From Macrostomum hystrix (taxonomy: Eukaryota > Animalia > Platyhelminthes): a DNA stretch of 64,000 nucleotides. The notes beneath the pieces were generated by a model. It worked only from the letters and a program-made list of their open reading frames with translations. It had not been told where the DNA came from and did not search any database. Location: NCBI GenBank assembly GCA_950097015.1, contig CATNEN010000025.1, forward strand, positions 7,316,001 through 7,380,000, read 5' to 3'. Both the position numbers and the translations under genes were made by a program. This document shows positions 1-10,411 of the stretch, in pieces. The first letter of the stretch is position 1; each line of letters starts with the position of its first letter.

Positions 1-975
1 CATGGCATCTGCAGTCACTCTTGTATAAGTGTACATGTCTTGCATGGCATCTGCAGTCACTCTTGTATAAGTGTACATGTCTTGCATGCCATCTGCAGTC
101 ACTCTTGTATAAGTGTACATGTCTTGCATGCCATCTGCAGTCACTCTTGTATAAGTGTACATGTCTTGCATGCCATCTGCAGTCACTCTTGTATAAGCGC
201 ATGTCTTGCATGGCATCTGCAGTCACTCTTGTATAAGCGCATGTCTTGCATGGCATCTGCAGTCACTCTTATATAATGTGTACTTGTCTTGCATGGCATC
301 TGCAGTCACTCTTGTATAAGCGCATGTCTTGCATGCCATCTGCAGTCACTCTTGTATAAGCGCATGTCTTGCATGGCATCTGCAGTCACTCTTGTATAAG
401 CGCATGTCTTGCATGCCATCTGCAGTCACTCTTGTATAAGCGCATGTCTTGCATGGCATCTGCAGTCACTCTTGTATAAGTGTACATGTCTTGCATGGCA
501 TCTGCAGTCACTCTTGTATAAGTGTACATGTCTTGCATGGCATCTGCAGTCACTCTTGTATAAGCGCATGTCTTGCATGGCATCTGCAGTCACTCTTGTA
601 AAGTGTACATGTCTTGCATGCCATCTGCAGTCACTCTTGTATAAGTGTACATGTCTTGCATGGCATCTGCAGTCACTCTTGTATAAGCGCATGTCTTGCA
701 TGGCATCTGCAGTCACTCTTGTATAAGCGCATGTCTTGCATGCCATCTGCAGTCACTCTTGTATAAGCGCATGTCTTGCATGGCATCTGCAGTCACTCTT
801 GTATAAGTGTACATGTCTTGCATGGCATCTGCAGTCACTCTTGTATAAGTGTACATGTCTTGCATGCCATCTGCAGTCACTCTTGTATAAGTGTACATGT
901 CTTGCATGGCATCTGCAGTCACTCTTGTATAAGCGCATGTCTTGCATGCCATCTGCAGTCACTCTTGTAAAGTGT
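1..975. repeat. Minisatellite, 42/40-bp unit, ~23 copies (SPTLC2 intron)
   Basis: Unit catggcatctgcagtcactcttgtataagtgtacatgtcttg and a 2-nt shorter variant. Confidence 0.97.
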
Positions 976-2391
976 ACATTTACTTCTCCATAATTTGTGG
1001 ACTAGCCAGACTTATGTAGTAGCTTAAGAAATACTGATTTCTCTATTAAAAAAATAAATATTACTTTCTGCAATATAAAGAGACAACTGCAGGCAGGACA
1101 GGCTAGACTAGAGCCGACTGTGCTATTTTTAGAAACACCAGACTCAAACAGTCATTCATTGGTTTGAAAACAGCCATTCTTTCAATAGACTCTGAGTGAC
1201 AAGGCATTATGAACTAAGAAAAATCGATAAAAGGATATGCGCATAATTCCACACCAATCAATGCCTTCTTTGTCTTTTGTCTTTCAAAGCTCAATAATCA
1301 TCCGTTAATCTTTAGCAAAGAAACGTCTGTGATTTCATAGAATTTTAAATTTTTCCTAATCCACTTTAGTTTAAAAGTACAATAAGTAAAACGAGTGTTT
1401 AATGAGATCCAAGCATAAGAGATTTGCCTACAAGTTTTTATCTACAAAATTTGCATTAGTAAAAACTAATTTAAACTAATAAATCCTTAGCGAAATGTAC
1501 TTAATGAATACACGTTTGCTAGTTCCCAGCCTCCAGTTAGGCCTTGACTGGTAATACAGGTGTTGCTGCTCACACAACAGCAGAGATCGTTAAAAGTACA
1601 CGATCCTGGCATTTGCTTAACTAGTATCGTGCTGTCGATACTATTTCCTCACTTCGTATCGTCTCAGGCCAAGGCCAGCGGGTATGCCAAACCGCTATTT
1701 TTGCAATTTTTCGCTCGAGCTTTTTTCGGTGCTAATAATTACCGGTGTTGATTTGATTGATCCGGTTCGAATTAAAATTTTATGTCAAATATCAAGAAAT
1801 TTGATAAGGAGCTGGAGCATGCCAGCCCACCCTGACCCATTGGACTGAACTTATAGCCCACCCCCAACGAACTCAAACTTGGCAAAGCTGAGCTGATAAG
1901 AAGCATAATACAGTAGCGTGAGCAGTGTGGCTTCTTCAGAAACGTCTTTTGGATGCGACTGTGGAATTATATAAATTAGTCTGCACTCGCACACAGGTCA
2001 GACCCTTCTGAAACAATTGGAGTAGCCCACAACTTACTGAGTGCAATTCATTTTTTTTCTATACTTAAGAGCCTGAGAAGCTGGGAGGCAGAATATATAG
2101 CTCGCTTTCTAACCGTATGAAAACTAGGCCATTATGGAACTCGGCCTGTTTATACAATACAAATTAGTATACGGGTTGACTAACATGACCATATTAGGAT
2201 GAAAAACTCACAACCTTTCACATGCTTGCTATAATAATCTTTGAATCATGTTTGCTACGTGTATGCATAAGATCTCACGCATTGTGCAAGTCCTTATCAA
2301 CCCCGACAATTATGCTTATTGTATGAGATGCGGTAATCACAGTCTTTAAGGTGCAAAATCCCCTGGTATTTAGGTGCAGTAGCTACTGACC

Positions 2392-2820
2392 TTCAGATGC
2401 ACTTCCCGCTGTTTTTCAGGTGCAAAAGTCTCTATCCTTCAGATGCTAAAAACTAATTTTAACTAATAAGTTCAGATGCACTTCCCGCTGTTTTTCAGGT
2501 GCAAAAGCCTCTATCCTTCAGATGCACTTTCCGCTGTTTTTCAGGTGCAAAAGCCTCTATCCTTCAGATGCTAAAAACTAATTTAAACTAATAAGTTCAG
2601 ATGCACTTCCCGCTGTTTTTCAGGTGCAAAAGCCTCTATCCTTCAGATGCTAAAAACTAATTTAAACTAATAAGTTCAGATGCACTTCCCGCTGTTTTTC
2701 AGGTGCAAAAGCCTCTATCCTTCAGATGCTAAAAACTAATTTAAACTAATAAGTTCAGATGCACTTCCCGCTGTTTTTCAGGTGCAAAAGCCTCTATCCT
2801 TCAGATGCACTTTCCGCTGT
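2392..2820. repeat. Composite tandem repeat, 46-bp + 33-bp subunits (79-bp period)
   Basis: ttcagatgcacttcccgctgtttttcaggtgcaaaagcctctatcc alternates with ttcagatgctaaaaactaatttaaactaataag. Confidence 0.93.
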
Positions 2821-3139
2821 TTTTTATTAACAAAAACACTGTAGAAAATGCTTCTAAGCATAGAAACATGACGAATAAAATTTTATCTTAATAAACAGGA
2901 TAGAACATCTTGAACAGCATAGTACTTAAAGGAATACTGGCTGAGTCACCACATCCTTTCTTTTTACTTATATATTGTATAGGTTATATAAACTGAAAAA
3001 AACTTCCTACAAACTGATCAATGCTTATTTTAAATTAGCTAACTTTACTTCAATGATTTAAATACACAAATTATCACCAGCAAATAAACTAGCCCATTCA
3101 TGCAAAACACCTTCACAAAAAAGTTAGTCAATAACTTAC

Positions 3140-3301
3140 CTTTGTCCTATCAGGCTCAGTAGCAATCATATTAGTTTCCAAGCCTTTGTTGCGCAGGAAG
3201 TCCCTGATGTGGCCAAATACAGCCAGCAGCACATAGGAGATGTAAGTGATGATGGCCTCAATATAGGGTGTTGGCTCCTCTGTGTGATCATTGCGAGCCA
3301 T
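3140..3301 (-). CDS. SPTLC2: Serine palmitoyltransferase 2 (LCB2), first visible coding exon; gene continues beyond the left edge
   Basis: Minus strand tgactgcag|ATG GCT CGC ... ACA AAG|gtaagt, 162 nt. Reads MARNDHTEEPTPYIEAIITYISYVLLAVFGHIRDFLRNKGLETNMIATEPDRTK, matching the SPTLC2 N-terminal hydrophobic segment (human [29 protein letters not shown]...ATEREEQK). Not in the ORF track (<60 aa). Confidence 0.85.
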
Positions 3302-4275
3302 CTGCAGTCAAATGCAAATAATAAAAACTGTGTATAGACTAATTGATTTACACAGCTATATTAAACTGTTCTAAATATTACTTGCCTTCCAATTAAGTTG
3401 TAAAACATGAAAAAAACGATTTACTATTACTATTTACTATACAAAAGTACTAGTTAGCCCTATGGATATTCAGTTTTTTTTTAACCAAGCACAAATATAT
3501 ATTACACTGTTGTATACATCTGAATAAGCTGACAGTTTATGTATACTGCCATAGCTATCTTAATCTATAATATTCTAATTACTGGTCTACTTAGCAACAA
3601 AAATTTTAGACAAAGAAACAACTTTTTAATATAATGGTGCAAAAGACTAGTTACTTAAAATCTCAAGCTGATTTAAAAAGGTAAAAAATAGCTTTTAGAG
3701 TATAGAATATTACAAAAGAATGGTGAAAATTGGTTCAGCAGTTTTTTCTCTAACCAAAAGTGAACCTAGCACAAGCAAGATTTTCATTTTTAGTAAAGGC
3801 CTACTATATTAGCAATTAAATAATTGCTAAACTATAAGATTGCTAGCTACTCCATATACAATTTTTATGAATAATTATAAACTAAGTAAAAATCTTAAAA
3901 AATTTCAATTAAAATTAAAAGTCCTTGCCATTGCGAGTGAAGCCAAGGCAAAATTGGCTTCTGGCAGCATTGACAAAAAATGTATCTACAAATTACCAAA
4001 ACATAGAAAACCTAGGCAACTAGGGCCTATCTAAAAAAGAAAGCTCATTGTCCACTAAGTCAACTAAGATTGGGTCTAGTCCATATTGGTATAATATGGC
4101 ATGGCACTATGTATAAAGAAACAATAATAATGTGACATAAGTAGTTAATCTTAAAATCTGATCTGAATCTGAACAAATTTTGAATATAATTTTTACTTCA
4201 TAAATCACAATCAGGAATTTTACAATAGGATTCATGGCTTTCAAGTCCTAAAGGTTACTGGTCATTTCGTTAAAT

Positions 4276-4864
4276 GGCAATCCTACACTTCCGTTCGGTA
4301 AATTATTTTCACATCTGAATTCGTACCACCGAGTCAAATGACGTCGATTGGCAATGTGTCTATGGCCAAAAGTTTGAGCGAACAGAGTTTAAAGGGGTGT
4401 CAGTTTAAGGGAGCTGTTGCTTGTGAGCTGCTTGTTCACCGATGGATGGTTGGCATATGCTGGTCTACCCAACCACGTCTCGGTGAACCATTGGCTGCAC
4501 TTTGTAGATCCAGCAGACCCAACAGTCCACACCAACACTGTGGAGGGCACTTGGGCCCTCGCGAAGCGCAAGATCCGCAACATGCATGGCACAAGCGACG
4601 CTCTCTTCGACGCACACATTGAGGAATTTCTCTGGCGTCGTCTGTATCCCCAATGTCCATTTGGGGCTATCCTGTACTGGATTGGACATTACTATCCATT
4701 GTAGACACCTTAATGACCTGCAGACACACTCTAAGTGACTATGCGCTCTAACAGACTGCTATTATGTTCCACTGTTTCAGTTTTGTTTGGTTACATTGTT
4801 ATTTAACACGCCTGTTCAAAATTCAGTGTCAAAATAATTTACCGAACGGAAGTGTAGGATTGCC
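4276..4864 (+). mobile_element. Merlin (IS1595/ISXO2-family) DNA transposon, non-autonomous deletion derivative, 589 bp
   Basis: 38-bp TIRs GGCAATCCTACACTTCCGTTCGGTAAATTATTTT(C/G)ACA with 1 mismatch. Perfect 8-bp TSD CGTTAAAT (4268-4275 and 4865-4872). ORF 4417..4704 holds the transposase C-half: FTDGWLAY, VSVNH...FVDP, HTNTVEGTW, HIEEFLWR. Confidence 0.93.
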
Positions 4865-6783
4865 CGTTAAATAAGTTGACAAAGTTACTGATCCGGTCTC
4901 CTAAAATTCATTTCAAAAAAGCACAACCGTTTGAGCCTACAAAAATCGACAAATCACACCGCATGCAGGTCAAATTTTCGTCAATTCTTAGAAAGGAATG
5001 GGAACGCAAATGACGTGATTAAAATAATTTTTCAAAAAATGGATGGAAAATCAAAATGAAAAAAATCTTTTTCGTTTCTAATAATTAATCTGAGCAAAAA
5101 TTACCAGAGAAGTTCAAATGAGTAAGGACCCTTTGTTAGAAAAAACAAAGCATTAAAAAGCTCCGTCCTTTGTTTGATACCTGCATATGATTACCATTTC
5201 GCAGCTTAAGTAATCTATATTACAGCATTAAAAATCAAATCTTTATCAATAATAAACACAGAGAGTATTGAAACTATTACATGTAAATATTTCTTTCTCA
5301 CCAAAATTGCACGATACTAAGACAAGAAGGACAACTGAAGTAGTTTATATATATAACTTAACGTAACTTTAGTTGTCATTAAACAAAGACTCGCAAAAAA
5401 TTGCCAAAAATCCTGAACTATTAACCAATGAACATTATTTTACTACATAATTCTAGCGGGAGAAGCCTTGTCAAGGCGGGAAAAGCAGAGAATTGTAGTT
5501 AAAGAAATTGCAAAACAGGCGCTGTCACGGGACAAGAAGCACAATTAAGGCCATCAAAGCTTCAATTAAAGACGAAACTTGAAGTCTTAGCGCAACAAGC
5601 CCAAAAACTGCGAACAGCATTATGTATCTTTGCATTATGTCTCAGCTCGAGATTACAAGGCTATCTGTCTACATCTACAAGCGAAAATAAGATTCGACGT
5701 ATTTCGCGCCAGTTCACTAAAACATTTGAATTTGTAATAACTATCTTTATAGATTTTTGCTGATAACTTAGCAAGACCAGATAATAGTGAAATAGACGAA
5801 GAATCATTTTTATTGAGTGATATATTGTTATAATATTCTTATTTTAGAGTTGCTAAAGCACACGGATTCTACGAAATGAAGTGTTGCTTTAATGTGAACT
5901 TTACACTACTTCGGGCTATTATTTTTACATTATTTAAGACCAAGATTAAAGACAGACATCTTATTTTTTATATGAATTGCCTTTTATGTTGAAACTTGAC
6001 GTCTATTATTTTTTTATATGTATGGCTTCAATATAATACTTTAAATACACGTTTATCTTAACATGCATATTGTAGGCCTAGGCTAGGCTTTTGTAGCAAA
6101 GAAATTGGCCATTTGGCTGCAGCTGTAGTTGTATTGTAGAGACTGAGTTATATTATATATAGGCCTATAGGCGATTACTTAGTTAAAATGTTTTATAATT
6201 GTAAATTGAAATTGTAACTGTAACTGTAAATTTATATTAACTTTTATAGCCTATGGCTAAAGGCTTTGCTTTGGCAGCTCTGCCAATGGGCTTATAAATA
6301 CTGTCCATGTCCTAATATTTTTTGTTGGATAGCTTTGTGTGCATGACAGCTGTTCACCCAAGGTTTTAATTGCATGAAAAGCAGTTACAGACAATAATTT
6401 TAGTTAATTAAAATGTGGTTAGTTCTTGTTATGGAGACATTTTATTATGTAAAGCATAGTAGTCAGCCTAAGCTATTTAAAACACCAAAATTGCAATAAA
6501 GAACAATCTTTCATTCCCCCGAACCCTCCTTAACTGTGTTGTTCTCAAAGGGTCTCGGCACATATTGGTGCACAAGGCCATGCAAGTCCAAGGCCACACA
6601 AGGCCAAGGAACTACAATAACCCTTTATTAATATATTATTTATTAAATTATTTGCAGTTCAGGCAAGAAGAATTGAAATTGCTGGTTATTGGTGCATGAC
6701 ACTTGGTTTCATAGATACTTCACTATAATACAGTTCATTTTTGTAAGTAGCAAATTAAATCGCTCATCGGGAAGTAAACATAA

Positions 6784-7001
6784 ATGACGTCCCTGCTATT
6801 GAGACAAGCTGCTGCTGGCCGAGTAGTTTGGCGTGTCGCTGCTCCCAGCCAGCATTATAGCAACAAAGGCTTTATTGCTGGCCTCATTGATCGAGTCCGT
6901 GATGAAATGCAAAAGGACAAAGCCATGAAGGATAGCTTGAAAAAATTCAGAGAAGAGACTAGCAAACTTGAGCAGTCTGAGGAGCTGCAGAAAGTGCGCA
7001 A
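6784..7001 (+). CDS. TIMM44: Mitochondrial import inner membrane translocase subunit TIM44, exon 1 of 5. Model join(6784..7001,7242..7479,8563..8874,10090..10350,11658..11861), 410 aa
   Basis: Basic presequence-like N-terminus, then FIAGLIDRVRDEMQKDKAMKDSLKKFREETSKLEQSEELQKVRK (TIM44 motif). Donor AA|gtgagt, phase 2. All five exons join in phase. Confidence 0.95.
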
Positions 7002-7241
7002 GTGAGTCCAATGCTTCCTTTACTTAGCTGGCTATACTTTATTATGTGTTGTGTCTTTATTCCTCTCCAGCCTTTTCTTTAGTCTTTATTCTCAATCCAG
7101 TCTCTATTGCAATCTTTGTTCTACATCCAGTCTTTATTCCCCATCCAGTCTCTTCTGCAGTCTTTACCTATCCAGACTTTCTTTCTTTCTAGGAAACATA
7201 GCATCAAATTCCAGCTATTGAAATTGAACTCCTTTCCCAAG

Positions 7242-7479
7242 ATACTACCAGAGTCTGGAGCAGGACGAAAGACTAAAGAACACAGCTGACAAGGTTCGGG
7301 ACAGCCTTAACTCGGTAGCCCAGCAGGAGTACCTGCAGAAAGCGGCCAAAGGTGTGAAGGACGCGGCAGGTCATCTGTCCAAATCAGCCGAGGCGCTGGC
7401 CGATTCCGAATTGGTTCGCCGAGCTCGCACCGGCGCCGCGGCGGTTACGCGTGAAATCGAAGGCGACCTGTCGCTTAAG
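7242..7479 (+). CDS. TIMM44: TIM44 exon 2
   Basis: cccaag|A TAC TAC CAG ... CTT AAG|gtttgt. Reads YYQSLEQDERLKNTADKVRDSL...AVTREIEGDLSLK, phase 2 in, phase 0 out. Confidence 0.88.
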
Positions 7480-7568
7480 GTTTGTCTAGGAAGAAATTAA
7501 TGAAGAACAGAAAATCTGTCACCGACTTTAATTGAGTAATTATCTGGCGTAACTTAGCGTTTAGTTAA

Positions 7569-8075
7569 CAGTAGAACTACCTAGGAGGGATGTTTTCCAT
7601 TTTTTGTGCTGCACCCGAACGGAGCAACGCAGGCACACGAAAATCAAGAACACAGGCCAACTTTTTGTTGCGCATCTTCTGTTGCGTATTTCATACACCC
7701 CTATACTCGTACACGAATTAGCACTGCGCCTCAGTGCGGCTATGCCGAGCCTTCAAAATTTATCAGCATGTCACCCGAATGTGCCTGCATCATCTCCGCC
7801 TTCGGTGGTCACCTGTCTAGACTAAAGGTCTGCTGGACCTTTAAGGGCTACAACAGGTGGAACTAGGCCACTATGGACACCCTGACGTGAATTTCTTTAA
7901 TTTATGTGATGAAGCCAAACTATTAGGCGCAGCCCAACCACAGGACACCATCGCCTAGTCTGTCAATCAATCAGTCACCACCCAACGGTGTTAGCAATCA
8001 GGCGCCGCCAAAAATATTTCAGGAATTCCCCCTTGGTATAAAAACGGGCGGCAGAATGGCTTGGTAGTCTTACTG
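7569..8075. mobile_element. Non-autonomous TIR element flanked by TTAA (copy A), in TIMM44 intron 2
   Basis: TTAA|CAGTAGAACTACC...GGTAGTCTTACTG|TTAA. About 450 bp are clearly homologous to 42718-43269. Confidence 0.72.
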
Positions 8076-8097
8076 TTAAGTAGTTAACTCAGAAAAG

Positions 8098-8400
8098 GTT
8101 ACAGCCTAGTGCTTAGAGCGTCGGACTCACGACTTGATGGTCGGGGGTTCGATTCCCGACTCCATTGGAACAATTTGTGTCCTTTAGCATGACACTTAAC
8201 TTTGCATTGCTTCAGTTCACCCAGCTGTTAAATGGGTACCAGCATCAGCTGGGGTAATTGAGGGTGGGTGTGGCGTCCCCCAGTCCATGGACTGAACAGC
8301 CGTACGCAGCCTTCAGATGCGCCGCGCAATAGCTTCGGCTGTGCTGTCGGCTGCACATATCTGACCGAGTTAGGCCATGTTGAATCAATTATATTAAATA
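8098..8400 (+). mobile_element. tRNA-derived SINE family 1, copy 1
   Basis: A-box-like AGCCTAGTGCTTAG and B-box GGTTCGATTCC. Central block TGTGTCCTTTAGCATGACACTTAAC...CAGTTCACCCAGCTGTTAAATGGGTACC, AT-rich tail. Homologous to 40509-40836. Confidence 0.85.
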
Positions 8401-8562
8401 TTTAATCAGTAGTGTAGTTCATTGTCGTCGATAAAGTCAATAAAAAGACACTACGAGCTAAAAATAAACGAATTAGCATATATTACTACTTCAAAGTAGC
8501 AAGTCTACCCTTCATAAAAAATGTATTCCTACACAACTAAAGCTTCAATCCGTGCCATCCAG

Positions 8563-8874
8563 GTGTACCGCAGTCCCACTGTGCTGATGACTCGCCAGGA
8601 GGTGGCCGGCATCGCCGATTCGTCGGGCTCATCTGGCGCTGCGCCACCACCGGAGGCGAATCCGCACGAGCAGGGCGTTGTGCTGCACCGGGACAGCAAA
8701 TGGGCTCAGGCATGGGTCAGCTTCAAGGACAGCAATCCGTACGTGCAGAAACTGTTCGACATGCGGTCCCAGTATCAGGAGTCGGAGAATCCGCTGGCTA
8801 GGGGCGGCAGATTTGTTAGCGAACGATTTTCGTCTTTGTTTGGCTCTTTGTTCACGGATTCAGATTTTCACAAG
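8563..8874 (+). CDS. TIMM44: TIM44 exon 3
   Basis: ccatccag|GTG TAC CGC ... CAC AAG|gtttga. LHRDSKWAQAWVSFKDSNPYVQKLFDMRSQYQESENPL matches the TIM44 VLHKDSKWYQQWKDFKENN motif. Confidence 0.93.
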
Positions 8875-9014
8875 GTTTGAATTAATTAACGCTTGCTTTT
8901 TATATTGACGTTACATGTCTATAGGCCTAGAATAATATAGGTTAGTTGTTAACTCATCTGCAAATGCATCGACAAATATATTAATCTGCTTGTGATGACC
9001 ATATATTTTTGTAT

Positions 9015-9880
9015 AGAAGCATCGCCTAATCTCTACATAAAATATCTATAGACGCATCGCCTAATCTCTACAAAATATCTATAGACGCATCGCCTAATCT
9101 CTACAAAATATCTATAGATTCATGGTCTATACACTATATTGGGTATCTAGAGATGCATCGCCCAGTCTAATTAGATATCTATAGACCCGTCGCCTAATCT
9201 GTTTATTAGTAACAAATCTATAGACGCATCGCCTAATCTCTAAATTAGATATCTAAAAATGCATAGCCTATTCTCTATATTAGATGTCTAGAGATGCATA
9301 GCCTATTCTCTATATTAGATGTCTAGAGATGCATAGCCTATTCTCTATATTAGATATCTATAGATGTATGGCCTATTCTCTATATTAGATATCTATAGAT
9401 GCATGGCCTATTCTCTATATTAGATATCTATAGATGTATAGCCTATTCTCTATATTAGATATCTATAGATGCATGGCCTATTCTCTATATTAGATATCTA
9501 TAGATGTATAGCCTATTCTCTATATTAGATATCTATAGATGTATAGCCTATTCTCTATATTAGATATCTATAGATGCATGGCCTATTCTCTATATTATAT
9601 ATCTATAGATGCGTGGCCTTATCTTTATATTAGATATCTATAGATGCGTGGCCTATTCTCTATATTAGATATCTTAAAAATGCATAGCCTAATCTACATA
9701 TTAGATATCTATAGATGCATTGCCTAATCTCTATATTAGATATCTATAGATGCGTGGCCTTATCTCTATATTAGATATCTATAGATGCGTGGCCTTATCT
9801 CTATATTAGATATCTATAGATGCGTTGCCTTATCTCTATATTAGATATCTATAGATGCAACGCCTAATCTGTTAAGATAT
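9015..9880. repeat. 35-bp palindrome-rich minisatellite (TIMM44 intron 3)
   Basis: tagatgcatggcctattctctatattagatatcta, containing the palindrome TAGATATCTA. Confidence 0.93.
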
Positions 9881-10089
9881 CTATAGAGCATCGTCAGATC
9901 TTTTCGATAGTCGATTCTATATTTTTAATCTATAAATAAATCCCTTATATAGTTAGTTAATATTTGTTTATTAATAATTACAATAATCTTTAGAACTGAA
10001 ATTTCGTGTCAATTTTTTCCTTGCTTGAGTAGTCTGCAAAGCGGTCCAGATCCCATCTCTGATCCCAGATCTCCTCCAATCTCACCCAG

Positions 10090-10350
10090 GTGGTTAACGA
10101 AATCGCCCGCCTGGAGCCAAGCTTCACTCTGAGCGGCTTCACCACTCATTGCCGTCAGTTTGTGGTGCCAAATGTACTGGAGGCGATATTCCGCAGCGAC
10201 ACCAGAGTACTGGAGAGCTGGTGCTATGAGGGCCAGTTTAAACGGCTGGAGCAGCAGGCTAAGACTCTAAAACAGCACGCCTACAAGTCTGAGTCCCGCG
10301 TGCTAGACCTGTCCTATCCGGAGGTGCTTCAGGCCAAGATTGTTGATCAG
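10090..10350 (+). CDS. TIMM44: TIM44 exon 4 (Tim44 domain)
   Basis: cacccag|GTG GTT AAC ... GAT CAG|gtcagt. EIARLEPSFTLSGFTTHCRQFVVPNVLEA...LESWCYE is typical of the Tim44 C-terminal domain. Confidence 0.94.
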
Positions 10351-10411
10351 GTCAGTTTACATGGAATTCAGTTGCATTTTTGTCCTAACGACTCCTTACT
10401 ATTCTATATTG

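Noticed and set aside
2392-2820. Repeat-spacer-like alternation resembling a CRISPR array (also the 99-bp array at 13165)
   Set aside because: The spacers are identical rather than unique, there are no cas genes, and the context is eukaryotic.
5475-5709. E2F-like sites (GGCGGGAAAA, TTTCGCGC) between SPTLC2 and TIMM44
   Set aside because: Short motifs expected by chance; the same ttcccgc core also occurs in the 2392 repeat, and transcription starts are unknown.
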